A stretch of 64,000 nt of DNA, taken from Patescibacteria group bacterium (GTDB taxonomy: Bacteria; Patescibacteriota; Minisyncoccia; Phycocordibacterales; PALSA-1337). The stretch is from positions 2,276-66,275 of the forward strand of contig JAGXAG010000002.1 of assembly GCA_018971685.1 (NCBI GenBank), in the 5' to 3' direction. The notes beneath the pieces are model-generated. The model was not told where the DNA came from and did not search any database. It saw nothing but the letters and a program-made list of their open reading frames with translations. The position numbers were made by a program, and so were the translations under genes. Shown in pieces: positions 17,512 through 27,140 of this stretch (position 1 is its first letter; every line of letters begins with the position of its first letter).

Positions 17512-19374
17512 ATGACATCATCCGAAATCCGCACCAGATTCTTGGAGTTTTTCAAAAAACGCGGGCATACGATCATACCGAGCGCGTCTTTGGTGACTTC
17601 CGACGAAAAGGGCGTTACCAATCCGACCTTGTTCAACACCGCCGGCATGCAGCCGCTCATCCCGTATCTGTTGGGTAAACCATTCCTGGATAATGATGGT
17701 AAAGAAATAAAGAGATTGGCCGATGCCCAGAAATGTCTGCGCACCGTGGATATCGATGAAGTCGGCGACACTGTGCATGCGACATTTTTCGAAATGCTCG
17801 GCAATTGGTCGCTGGGCGATTATTTCAAGAAGGAAGCGATAAATTGGAGCTATGAATTTTTGACTTCGAAAGAGGAAGGGTTGGGATTGGATCCAAAACG
17901 GTTGTACATTACGGTGTTTGAGGGGGACGGGAATGCGCCCAGGGACGATGAAGCCGCGGAAATCTGGGCATCGACGCTAGGTTTGTCAACAACGGCCACA
18001 TCTCGAAGTCCGACATCGGCAGTTGGCCGTATTTTCTTCATGTCTGCCGATAAAAACTGGTGGGAAGCGGGCAACGATGGGCCATGCGGACCTGATTCGG
18101 AAATGTATTACGATGTCGCCAATCGTTTCGGCGGGCGCGAGATTGCCCAAGAAGAGTTTGTTGACGCTGATGAAAAGAAAGATTTGGTCGAAGTCTGGAA
18201 CGATGTCTTCATGCAATACGAGAAAAAAGACGGCAAAATTATCGGCAAATTGCCTAAGCCGTCGGTTGATACCGGCGCCGGCCTCGAGAGGCTGGCGATG
18301 ACTTTGCAGAAGGTCGATAATATTTATGATATTGATCTTTTAAAACCGGTGATGGAAAAAATCAAAGAATTGTCGAAAAATTGGGACATCAAATCTGCCA
18401 GAATATTTGCGGATCACATAAGAGCCTCCGTCTTTTTGACAGCCGATGGGGTCATACCGGGCAATACTGACAGAGGATATGTTTTGCGCCGTCTTATCAG
18501 ACGTTTTGTCAGACACGCCGACACTCTCGGCATAAATCAGAATGCGGCGGCTTCGGTCTTTGGAAAAATTATCGATGTATATGCCGATACATATGATGAT
18601 TTGAAAAAACAAGACAAGAATATCCGTTCCGTTTTGGTTGCCGAAGAAACCAAATATCGCGAAACGGCCAATAAAGGATTCCATGAATTGAGGAGGAGAT
18701 TGAAAGACAAGGGCACATTTTCGACAAACGACCTGTTTGATTTTTATCAAAGTTACGGATTGAGCAAAGAACAGCTAAAGGAGACTTTGTCCGAATTGCC
18801 GATCAAATTTGACGAGAAAGACTTTGACGATCTGGTAAAAAATCACCAGGCACTTTCGCGCGCGGGGGCGGAGAAAAAATTCAAGGGCGGCTTGGCGGAT
18901 GCGAACGATCCGATGGTCGTGAGATATCACACGGCGACGCATTTGCTGCACCAAGCCCTGCACGACATCCTGGGCAATGAGGTAAGCCAAAAAGGTTCCA
19001 ACATCACGCCGGAGAGACTGCGATTTGATTTTTCGTATCCTTCAAAAATGACTGACGAACAAAAGAAAAAAGTCGAGGAGATCGTAAATGAAAAGATCGC
19101 CCTCAAACTTACGGTAAATCAAGTCGTTATGCCATCGGAAGAAGCCGTCAAAACCGGCGCTTATCACTTCTTCAACGAGAAATACCCCGAGCAAGTTTCG
19201 GTGTATTATATAGGAGACGATATCGATCATGCTTATTCCAAAGAATTTTGCGGCGGCCCGCATGTAGCCAATACCGGAGAATTGGCCGGTCCGGAAGGCA
19301 AATGGAAATTCAAACTAAAGAAAGAAGAAGCGGTTGCGCAAGGCGTGCGCCGGATCAGGGCAGTGCTCGAATGA
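17512..19374 (+). CDS. alaS: Alanyl-tRNA synthetase, short form lacking the C-Ala domain
   Basis: N-terminus MTSSEIRTRFLEFFKKRGHTIIPSASLV...FNTAGM is typical of AlaRS. Editing-domain zinc motif HTATHLLHQALH ... CGGPHV is present. Ends about 250 aa earlier than canonical AlaRS. Confidence 0.9.
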   Translation: MTSSEIRTRFLEFFKKRGHTIIPSASLVTSDEKGVTNPTLFNTAGMQPLIPYLLGKPFLDNDGKEIKRLADAQKCLRTVDIDEVGDTVHATFFEMLGNWSLGDYFKKEAINWSYEFLTSKEEGLGLDPKRLYITVFEGDGNAPRDDEAAEIWASTLGLSTTATSRSPTSAVGRIFFMSADKNWWEAGNDGPCGPDSEMYYDVANRFGGREIAQEEFVDADEKKDLVEVWNDVFMQYEKKDGKIIGKLPKPSVDTGAGLERLAMTLQKVDNIYDIDLLKPVMEKIKELSKNWDIKSARIFADHIRASVFLTADGVIPGNTDRGYVLRRLIRRFVRHADTLGINQNAAASVFGKIIDVYADTYDDLKKQDKNIRSVLVAEETKYRETANKGFHELRRRLKDKGTFSTNDLFDFYQSYGLSKEQLKETLSELPIKFDEKDFDDLVKNHQALSRAGAEKKFKGGLADANDPMVVRYHTATHLLHQALHDILGNEVSQKGSNITPERLRFDFSYPSKMTDEQKKKVEEIVNEKIALKLTVNQVVMPSEEAVKTGAYHFFNEKYPEQVSVYYIGDDIDHAYSKEFCGGPHVANTGELAGPEGKWKFKLKKEEAVAQGVRRIRAVLE

Positions 19375-19387
19375 TAAAACCAAACCA

Positions 19388-20560
19388 ATGTTATTCTCGC
19401 ATAAAGATAACGAAAAACTGGCGCTTCTGGTCAATTTGCAAAGCTCAATTATCAAATTGTCGTTCGTTGTCATAAAGCCGGCTGTAGCGCCACATATCGT
19501 ATATACCTTATCAAAGGATATTCATGCCAGACATTATGCCGAATCGATCAAATTCATAGAAGCTTCTCTCGGAGCTCTGCGTGGCGCCATCGAGACCGGA
19601 ATGCGGCGATTCAAAGATATTGCCAAATCCGACGGATTGGAAGTCGGAATACCACCGATCGACGAAGTCCATTTCGTATTGTCTTCCCCATGGGTGGTAT
19701 CGCGCGCAAAGATAATATCTCTATCTTTTGTGAAGCCGACGGCTATCACCAGGGATCTTGTCTTGAACGCGATCAAAAATGAGCGCGAGAAAGATTTTCC
19801 GCCGGATGCAAAAATTTCGATCATTGAAGAGAAAATATTCGATGTGCTCTTGAACGGGTATTCAAATACCAACTGGGAACGAAAACAAACTCTAAGAGCC
19901 GATGTATCTTTTGCAACGACCGTGGCAGGCATCGGAATGACTGACAGATTACGGGGCGTCTGCGAAGAACACGGCATTAGCCGGTCTGTGGCATTTCATT
20001 CGGCGCCGCTTTTATTCTTTACGGGCATGAGGATCGTAGAACCAGAAGCGCGCGACTGCTTATTGTTGCATGTGCATGGCGAATTGACAGATATTGTAGC
20101 GGTCGAACGCGGCAATTGCGCACTGTTCGCTTCGTATCCTCTTGGCGCCGATTCGCTGGCGCATGCCGTCGCCAAAACCGCCAAGGTCAGCGACGATACG
20201 GCCGATTCGACGGTTTCGCTATATATCGGCGGATATTTGGACGAGAAAGAATCGGCTGCCTCGATACACGCTCTAAAACAAGCCGGAAAAGATTGGGCGG
20301 ACGGCGTAAAAAATACCCTGACACGCGCCAATCTTTCTTTGGGCGATTTCCAGTCCATAGTCGTGTCAGCCGACAAGCATGAGGATTTCTTTGAAACCGG
20401 ATTAGCCGGTCTACTTGAAAAAAATCGCGTTCATACCGTACACTCTTTGCAACCAGAAGATCTAACGCCGTTTGTTTCTTCCGGCCAACATGCCGAACTG
20501 GCGAAGATGATGGGTCTGTATGCCGTAGCTGTCAACAATCTCGAGTATGCCCGGAGGTAA
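19388..20560 (+). CDS. Actin-fold ATPase-like protein (PilM/FtsA-like), hypothetical
   Basis: LALLVNLQSSIIKLSFVV near the N-terminus and LLHVHGELTDIVAVERGNCALFASYPLGADSLAHAV resemble the phosphate-1 and second-half motifs of PilM/FtsA-type actin-like proteins. By-eye similarity only. Confidence 0.4.
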   Translation: MLFSHKDNEKLALLVNLQSSIIKLSFVVIKPAVAPHIVYTLSKDIHARHYAESIKFIEASLGALRGAIETGMRRFKDIAKSDGLEVGIPPIDEVHFVLSSPWVVSRAKIISLSFVKPTAITRDLVLNAIKNEREKDFPPDAKISIIEEKIFDVLLNGYSNTNWERKQTLRADVSFATTVAGIGMTDRLRGVCEEHGISRSVAFHSAPLLFFTGMRIVEPEARDCLLLHVHGELTDIVAVERGNCALFASYPLGADSLAHAVAKTAKVSDDTADSTVSLYIGGYLDEKESAASIHALKQAGKDWADGVKNTLTRANLSLGDFQSIVVSADKHEDFFETGLAGLLEKNRVHTVHSLQPEDLTPFVSSGQHAELAKMMGLYAVAVNNLEYARR

Positions 20561-20622
20561 TTTTATGTTACACTGTATATTATTACGATATTTTTGTGTG
20601 AATTGAACGCAAAAATCTTTAA

Positions 20623-22026
20623 ATGCCTAGACGAGTCGAAGATATATTACCAAACGATAAGCGATCGATCAGGAACATACCGATCGGATCAAAAAGCGCG
20701 CACGCCGGAAGCGAAGGTTTGGTGAATAAAAACATCGCAACGGAACCAGCGAGAAAGCCGCTCAAAAATGAATCTTTTGGGCGCGAGGTGCCGATAAAAC
20801 GGGTAATGCCCCTGTCGCCGCCGCCCTACACGGCGCGAGCCGACCGTCCCAAACGCCGGAAAGGCAAAGGATTGAAAATTCTGCTTGTATTCATCGGCGC
20901 CATCATAGTCGTAGGGTTTGGCGGGTATGCAGTCTCGGCGTTTTTCTCTCGGGCGATATTCACGGTTATGCCGCGCGAAATTCCGATATCGGTTGACGGC
21001 ACTTACATATTCAATTCAACGGCAAAAAGCGGCACGCTCTCTTATAATGTCATCAAAGAAAGCGATTCCGTCTCGGCGAATGTGCCCGCTTCCGACGGTT
21101 CGACGGTCGAAACCAAAGCCAAGGGCGTGATGACGGTTTACAACGCTTACAGTTTATCGGCGCGGCGGCTCATCGCAGGCACGCGCTTTGATAGTGGTAA
21201 CGGTAAGATATACCGCTTGACCGGCTCGATCATGATACCCGGCTACGCAAAATCACCGAGCGGACAAATAATTCCTGGACACATAGACGCGCCTATAATC
21301 GCAGACCAAGCGGGCGATGATTACAATATCACCGGTACGGATTCCGTTGGCGACTTCAAAATAGTGGCTTATAAGGGCACGGATAAATACGATACGATAT
21401 ATGGCCGAATTGCCGGCACCGTGACTGGCGGATTTGCCGGTCAAAAGAAGACTGTGGCAAAAGACATCCTGGCTTCGACAACCGCCGCCCTGGAAGCCCA
21501 ACTTACCGCGCGACTTCAAGCGAAAATATCCGGCGAGATTTCATCAAATTTTGTGATCTACGGCAATGGTTATCTGATTTCATTTTCCGAACCGGCGATA
21601 GCGGGCGGCCAAAGCGATTCAGCGACGGTTACGATAAGCGGTACGGCCTATGGCATAGAACTGAAAAAGGACGAGCTGGTTGCCCGGTTGGCCAACGGCA
21701 CGAACCTGGATTCATTCAAAGGTATGCCTTATGACACGCCGGGCTTGGATCAATTGTCGTTTTCGATATCTAATGCCAAAGATTTTTCGCCCGCCAAAGG
21801 CAACCCATTGGTAGCGGAGCTTAAAGGCACTATGAAAGTGGTCGGGCGCATACCGGTTGACGAGCTCAAGGCCAAATTTGCCGGACTGTCGCTCTCGGGA
21901 ACGAATGCCGTCATGCGCCAATATTCGCCGGTGATCGACCTCGCCAAATCTTCCGGCCAAGTGGTGCCGCCTTGGGCCAAGGTGCCTACCAATTTCGATA
22001 AGATCTCGATTATTGTGGAAAAATAA
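20623..22026 (+). CDS. Hypothetical membrane-anchored protein (about 90-aa basic/Pro-rich cytoplasmic N-terminus, one TM, large extracytoplasmic domain)
   Basis: TM segment ILLVFIGAIIVVGFGGYAVSAFF. Downstream of the PilM-like gene in the same orientation. Confidence 0.5.
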   Translation: MPRRVEDILPNDKRSIRNIPIGSKSAHAGSEGLVNKNIATEPARKPLKNESFGREVPIKRVMPLSPPPYTARADRPKRRKGKGLKILLVFIGAIIVVGFGGYAVSAFFSRAIFTVMPREIPISVDGTYIFNSTAKSGTLSYNVIKESDSVSANVPASDGSTVETKAKGVMTVYNAYSLSARRLIAGTRFDSGNGKIYRLTGSIMIPGYAKSPSGQIIPGHIDAPIIADQAGDDYNITGTDSVGDFKIVAYKGTDKYDTIYGRIAGTVTGGFAGQKKTVAKDILASTTAALEAQLTARLQAKISGEISSNFVIYGNGYLISFSEPAIAGGQSDSATVTISGTAYGIELKKDELVARLANGTNLDSFKGMPYDTPGLDQLSFSISNAKDFSPAKGNPLVAELKGTMKVVGRIPVDELKAKFAGLSLSGTNAVMRQYSPVIDLAKSSGQVVPPWAKVPTNFDKISIIVEK

Positions 22027-22059
22027 CGGAATCACCACTCTGCTATAATATCATTCCCA

Positions 22060-22653
22060 ATGAATAACATTTTTGTTAAACGTTTTTTTGTCGGAATCGT
22101 GTTGATTGCCGTCGGCGCGATCGCCGGCTTTTTATTGGCCGACAAAGGCCTAATTTCACCCACCGGTTTTGCGGACGGATACAATCAACAGGCGCGCGTC
22201 TCCGCGGCGCAGGCGGCCAAAATAGATCCCGCGATACTTTATCCGGTTACAGAGGTGGTTGATGGTGACACCTTCAAGGTGAAAATAGGCGGTAAGGAGA
22301 TTACTGTACGCTTGCTTGGCATCAATACTCCGGAAGTTGTGGACCCAAGAAAACCGGTAGAATGTTTCGGGCCGGAGGCCTCTGCCGAGGCCAAGACGCT
22401 CCTTTCCGACGGGAAAGTCCGCTTAGAATTGAATCCCAACCGCGAGAAGACGGACTATTACAGCCGCCTGCTCGCTTATGCTTTTTTGCCCGACGGCACA
22501 TTCCTCAATAAAGTTTTAGTTCAAGAAGGTTATGCCCGCGAATACACCGTCGGCACGCCGTATTCGTACCAATCCGATTTCAAAGCCGCCGAAGCGGCGG
22601 CAAAGGCGGCCAGCAAAGGGCTTTGGGGCAAATGCGGTGTTGAGGCGAAGTGA
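22060..22653 (+). CDS. Thermonuclease (staphylococcal nuclease-like, SNase fold), membrane-anchored or secreted
   Basis: N-terminal TM/signal. VVDGDTFKV...VRLLGINTPE...ECFGPEASAEAK...YYSRLLAYAF...GYAREY matches SNase family conserved blocks. Confidence 0.8.
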   Translation: MNNIFVKRFFVGIVLIAVGAIAGFLLADKGLISPTGFADGYNQQARVSAAQAAKIDPAILYPVTEVVDGDTFKVKIGGKEITVRLLGINTPEVVDPRKPVECFGPEASAEAKTLLSDGKVRLELNPNREKTDYYSRLLAYAFLPDGTFLNKVLVQEGYAREYTVGTPYSYQSDFKAAEAAAKAASKGLWGKCGVEAK

Positions 22654-22849
22654 GGGCACAATGTTTGTTTCAAGCCGGCAACCACCTGTCTGAGCGCAGT
22701 ATAAATTTCTTGGCAAAAGGCTGCCGAGATGGGAATTGCTACGGCGCGAAGCGTATGCGGAGCGCCGAGCAATTCCGCAAGCCTCTTGCCTAGAAATTTA
22801 ACGGAGCGAGTCTTGCCGGCTTGAAACAAACATTGTGCCCTCACTTCGC
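22645..22849. repeat. 205-bp near-perfect palindromic element (36-bp perfect terminal inverted repeats plus nested imperfect palindromes) between convergent genes
   Basis: Left arm GCGAAGTGAGGGCACAATGTTTGTTTCAAGCCGGCA (22645-22680) is the exact reverse complement of 22814-22849. The interior has further paired blocks (AAATTTCTTGGCAA / TTGCCTAGAAATTT, GGAATTGCT / AGCAATTCC, CGGCGC / GCGCCG) around a centre near 22748. Confidence 0.7.
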
Positions 22850-23764
22850 TCTGAGCGCCAAATAAATATCCTCGAGCGCCTTGACCGCATCTCCGGCCGC
22901 GATATTATTCTGGTGATATAGCCCGTCCGTGCAATCGCCTGCAGCCCAAACGCCCGCCACGGAAGTCCGCTGATTCTTAGAGTCGACTTTGATATGGCCG
23001 TAATGATCCAATTCCACCAAATCTTTTACGAATGAAGTTGTTGGTATCGAGCCGATTTCCACGAATATTCCCGAGACTTTCAATTCCGTGTCTTTGCTGG
23101 TTATCTTGTCGGTATAAACAAAGCCCTCGACGAATCTGTCGCCTTTGACTTCTTTCGGCACCACATTGGTCAAAAGTTTGAAATGCGAATTTTTGGACAC
23201 CGCTTCGATCGTGCCCGGATCGGCCCGGAATTTCTCGCTGCGGTTAACCAGCGTCACCGATTTGCAGTATGCCAGCAGTTGCGCCGCGCTCTCGAAAGCC
23301 GCATTGCCGCCGCCAACCACCACGACATCTTTGTCCTTGAATAATGGGCCGTCGCATGACGCGCAATAAGTGAGCCCTTTGTGTTCCAGCCGATCCGCGC
23401 CGGGCACATCGAGTTTTCTCCTATGACTGCCGGATGATATGAGAACGGATTTTGTCTGGTAAGTATTTTTATCGGTGATTATCGATAATTCACCGTTTTT
23501 CTTTTCAACCTTTTCACAACTTTCGCCAACATGAACATCAACAAATTCTCCGGCATATGCCCTCAAATGCTTTTCCAAACTATCGGCCAATTCCATGCCG
23601 CTTAACTTTATTGTTCCTATCCAATTTTCTATGCCTTCTGAAACCGTGCTCTGGCTGTTCCAATCCTTGGTAATGAACATTGTTTTCAATTGCTTCCTTG
23701 CCGCATAAACTCCCGCCGCCGCTCCCGCCGGTCCGCCGCCTATTATGGTTAGATCGTATATCAT
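22841..23764 (-). CDS. trxB: Thioredoxin-disulfide reductase
   Basis: FAD motif IIGGGPAGAAAG. Redox-active CASCDG (CxxC). Second dinucleotide motif VVGGGNAAFE. 307 aa. Confidence 0.9.
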   Translation of the reverse strand: MIYDLTIIGGGPAGAAAGVYAARKQLKTMFITKDWNSQSTVSEGIENWIGTIKLSGMELADSLEKHLRAYAGEFVDVHVGESCEKVEKKNGELSIITDKNTYQTKSVLISSGSHRRKLDVPGADRLEHKGLTYCASCDGPLFKDKDVVVVGGGNAAFESAAQLLAYCKSVTLVNRSEKFRADPGTIEAVSKNSHFKLLTNVVPKEVKGDRFVEGFVYTDKITSKDTELKVSGIFVEIGSIPTTSFVKDLVELDHYGHIKVDSKNQRTSVAGVWAAGDCTDGLYHQNNIAAGDAVKALEDIYLALRAK

Positions 23765-23824
23765 AGTGATTGAATGATAACATAAACACTTTTGTTATTC
23801 CAAGGTCGAACTCTTGAAACACGA

Positions 23825-26800
23825 TCACAAACTTTTCATCCTTTCAATAACAAACCCTTTTTCACCGTTTCTGGAATTGACCGTCGCCTTGATTGCTAGA
23901 CACCTGTCGGGGGCGATCAATTCTCGGAACTCTTTGTAGACGCGGGGAAAGACCACCGCTTCCGCTTCGGCGGAAAAGTCCGCGATCGTGACAAATGCCA
24001 TCGTTTCGTTATTCTTGGTCTGGATGGTGCGGACTTCATTCACGATAATGCCCAGAATAACCGAATCGCCATCCCTCTTGTTTTCCAGCGCTTTCTTTAT
24101 GTCCATGTCTTTCTTCGCGATCACTTCGCGGTATTTTTCCAACGGATGTCCCGAAATATAGAGTCCTAACAGCTCTTTTTCCCAGCCCAATTTTTCCTTC
24201 ATTTCCGCTTTTGGTGCCGCGTTCAACTTCAAGACCGGAACGCTTGACGAATCCGCCATCAATCCGAACAAAGAATCTTGGCTCGAATCCCGCTTGCCGC
24301 TCTCTTTATTGTATTCCAGGAGCAATTCAATGTTTGCCATCATCACGCCCCTATCTTCGCCGAAGCAATCCAACGCACCCGCCTTGATCAGCGATTCCAG
24401 CGACTTTTTGTTGATGTTCCTGTCTTTGACTCGATCCAGGAAATCAGCCAGTGACCGGTATTTCCCCCCGCGTTTTCGCTCGTCAATTATGGCCGTCGAA
24501 ACGCCCTGCCCGAAGTTTTTGATGGTGACCAGTCCAAAACGGATACGGTAATTCCGCGGAACATCGAGATGAGACCTCTCGCCATCGCGCGAGGACTCAC
24601 CTCGATGTTCCGTGTCGCATGAGGCAGTATTTGCTTTGATTACTGTGAACTGACTGAAACTTTCATTCACATCCGGCGGCAAAACCGGAATACCCAATCG
24701 TTTGCATTCTGCGATCGTCTCTGCAACCTTCTCCGTATCGCCCGACTCCGATGACAGCACCGCCGACAAATATATTTCCGGATAATGCGCTTTCAAATAT
24801 GCCGTCAGATACGCCACCCAGCCGTATGACACCGAATGCGCCTTGTTGAAAGCGTAAGCCGCGAACGGCTCGATCCACTTCCAGACCTGCTCCGCCTTCT
24901 TCTTGCTCCACTTGCTGTGCTCAATACAGCCGTTGATAAAGCGGTCTTTTTGTTTCGCCATCTCTTCCGGGATCTTTTTGCCCACTGCTTTGCGGAATTT
25001 GTCCACTTCCGACCAGCTGTAGCCCGCCAGATCATGCGCCATGATCAGGAGGTCGTCTTGGTAGACCAAAATGCCGTAAGTCTTCTTTAATATTTTTTCC
25101 AGCGAAGGATCTAGGTATTTGACCAGTTTCGTATCATGCTTGCGCGCGATATAGTCCGGAATGAATTGGATCGGGCCCGGGCGATACAGCGCCACCATGG
25201 CGTTGATATCGTGGATCGAAGACGGCCTCAGGTCTTTCAGGAACCGCGTCATGCCGTCGCCGTTCAGTTGGAACAGATCGGCTGTCTCGCCGCGCGCCAG
25301 CATTTCGAAAGTCTGTTTATCGTCGACCGGAATCTTGTCTATTTCGATTTCGGCGCCGTCGATCTTTTTTATCCGGTCGATGGTATCAGCGATGATCGTC
25401 AAGTTCTTGAGCCCGAGGAAATCGAATTTCAAAAGGCCGGCATCTTCGATCGAATACATGTCGTATTGCGTGATGATTTTGCCTTCGCCTTTTGGATCGA
25501 ATTGAAGCGGCGTATATTCGATGATGGGCGTAGGCGCCATGACGACGCCGGCGGCATGTACGCCGATGTGCCGCGCGCAGCCTTCGATCTTTCTCGCCAT
25601 GTCAACGATTCTTTTTGCTTCAATGTCTTTGTCGTACAGATCTTTCAATTCCGGCACGGTTTCGAAAGCGCGTTCGATCGTCATCGGGAATCCTTGCGAG
25701 CCCATGGGAATGAGTTTGGCGATTTTGTCGCCGACTTCGAACGGGAATCCCATCGCGCGCGCGGCATCTCTGACCGATCCGCGCGCCATCATAGTGCCGA
25801 AAGTGCCTATCTGCGCCACTTTGTCGGCGCCGTATTTCTTCCGGGCGTATTCGATGACTTCGTCCCGCCGGTTGTCGGCGTAATCCATGTCGATATCCGG
25901 CGGCGACGGCCTGTCCGGATTCAAGAACCTTTCGAAAGGTATTTCATATTCGATCGGATTGACATTGGTAATGCCCGCCAAATAGGTGACAAGCGAGCCG
26001 GAAACCGATCCTCTGATGTTGCTCAGGATGCCGTTTTCCCTGGAAAACCTTAATAAATCCGCCACTACCAAGAAATAAGGCGCATAACCCTTCTTTTTGA
26101 TGACACCAAGTTCGTATTCGGCGCGTTCGAGCATCTCCTTTGACTGTGGCACATTGCGCCGGCCAAAACCATCGAAAACCAGATATCTTAATTCGTCGTC
26201 GTAGCTCCGTCCGCTTTCCACTTTATAATCCGGAAAAACCCATTTGCCCAGATCCAATTCAAGACTGCACAAATCGGCGACTTTCGCGGTATTGGCGAGC
26301 GCTTCAGGCAAGTCCTTGAATAATTCCGCAGCCCGCTCGGACGAAATGAATGAAAAATCTTCTTCATCGTCTGTCGATATTCTGTCGGAAGCGTCGGAAT
26401 GCGAATTGACCAGCAACATGGTATTGCGCGCCTCACGGTCTTCTTGGTTCAAATAGTACACATCATGCGCCGCCAAAATCGGGATCTTTTCGTTTTGGGA
26501 AAACTCGACCAGTTTCTTCATATTGGCTTTATGGCCCTCAATTTCCGGATGAGCGGTTATTTCCATGTACAAATGCTCGCCGAATATCTTTTTGTAATGC
26601 GCCGCAAATTCTTTAGCCTTGTCATCTGTGCGGCCTTTGAGCGATTGGGCAATGTCGCTCGAAGATGACGGCAAGATCGCGATCAGTCCGTCGCGGTATT
26701 TCTCCATCAATTCGCGATCGATTCTCGGCTTGTAATAAAATCCTTCGAGGTGCGAGTCGGTAACCAGCTTCAGCAGGTTCTTGTAGCCGATTTCATTCCG

Positions 26801-27079
26801 GGCCAGAAGAACCAGTCGCGAGCGGCGGTTATCCAACCCCGCGTCTTTGTCGCGCCTCGTCCGCGCCGCCACATAAAAGTCCACGCCTATGATCGGTTTC
26901 AACTCTTTCTTCTTGCACTCCTTGTAAAACTCGATCGCGCCGTAGAGATTGCCGTTATCAGTAAGCGCTAGCGATGCCATACCGTGTTTCTTGGCAGTGC
27001 CTACCAGTTCGTCTATCTTCGGCAAAGCGTTCAACAGAGAATAGTGCGAATGTGTATGGAGATGGGTGAATCGCGGCAT
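23825..27079 (-). CDS. dnaE: DNA polymerase III alpha subunit
   Basis: N-terminal PHP domain FTHLHTHSHYSLLNA. Conserved polymerase core. 1084 aa. Confidence 0.95.
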   Translation of the reverse strand: MPRFTHLHTHSHYSLLNALPKIDELVGTAKKHGMASLALTDNGNLYGAIEFYKECKKKELKPIIGVDFYVAARTRRDKDAGLDNRRSRLVLLARNEIGYKNLLKLVTDSHLEGFYYKPRIDRELMEKYRDGLIAILPSSSSDIAQSLKGRTDDKAKEFAAHYKKIFGEHLYMEITAHPEIEGHKANMKKLVEFSQNEKIPILAAHDVYYLNQEDREARNTMLLVNSHSDASDRISTDDEEDFSFISSERAAELFKDLPEALANTAKVADLCSLELDLGKWVFPDYKVESGRSYDDELRYLVFDGFGRRNVPQSKEMLERAEYELGVIKKKGYAPYFLVVADLLRFSRENGILSNIRGSVSGSLVTYLAGITNVNPIEYEIPFERFLNPDRPSPPDIDMDYADNRRDEVIEYARKKYGADKVAQIGTFGTMMARGSVRDAARAMGFPFEVGDKIAKLIPMGSQGFPMTIERAFETVPELKDLYDKDIEAKRIVDMARKIEGCARHIGVHAAGVVMAPTPIIEYTPLQFDPKGEGKIITQYDMYSIEDAGLLKFDFLGLKNLTIIADTIDRIKKIDGAEIEIDKIPVDDKQTFEMLARGETADLFQLNGDGMTRFLKDLRPSSIHDINAMVALYRPGPIQFIPDYIARKHDTKLVKYLDPSLEKILKKTYGILVYQDDLLIMAHDLAGYSWSEVDKFRKAVGKKIPEEMAKQKDRFINGCIEHSKWSKKKAEQVWKWIEPFAAYAFNKAHSVSYGWVAYLTAYLKAHYPEIYLSAVLSSESGDTEKVAETIAECKRLGIPVLPPDVNESFSQFTVIKANTASCDTEHRGESSRDGERSHLDVPRNYRIRFGLVTIKNFGQGVSTAIIDERKRGGKYRSLADFLDRVKDRNINKKSLESLIKAGALDCFGEDRGVMMANIELLLEYNKESGKRDSSQDSLFGLMADSSSVPVLKLNAAPKAEMKEKLGWEKELLGLYISGHPLEKYREVIAKKDMDIKKALENKRDGDSVILGIIVNEVRTIQTKNNETMAFVTIADFSAEAEAVVFPRVYKEFRELIAPDRCLAIKATVNSRNGEKGFVIERMKSL

Positions 27080-27140
27080 ATAGTTTGGTTATCTTGCACA
27101 TATCCGACCTGTCCGATGTTAAAGATGATACAATCTAACC

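Noticed and set aside
22530-22844. 104-aa minus-strand ORF inside the palindromic element
   Set aside because: Its frame is a by-product of the palindrome; it is really a trxB-frame read-through. No RBS, and it overlaps the thermonuclease 3' end. Treated as a non-coding repeat.
25136-26053. 305-aa plus-strand ORF
   Set aside because: Antisense within dnaE. Arg-rich with no motifs. A shadow ORF.
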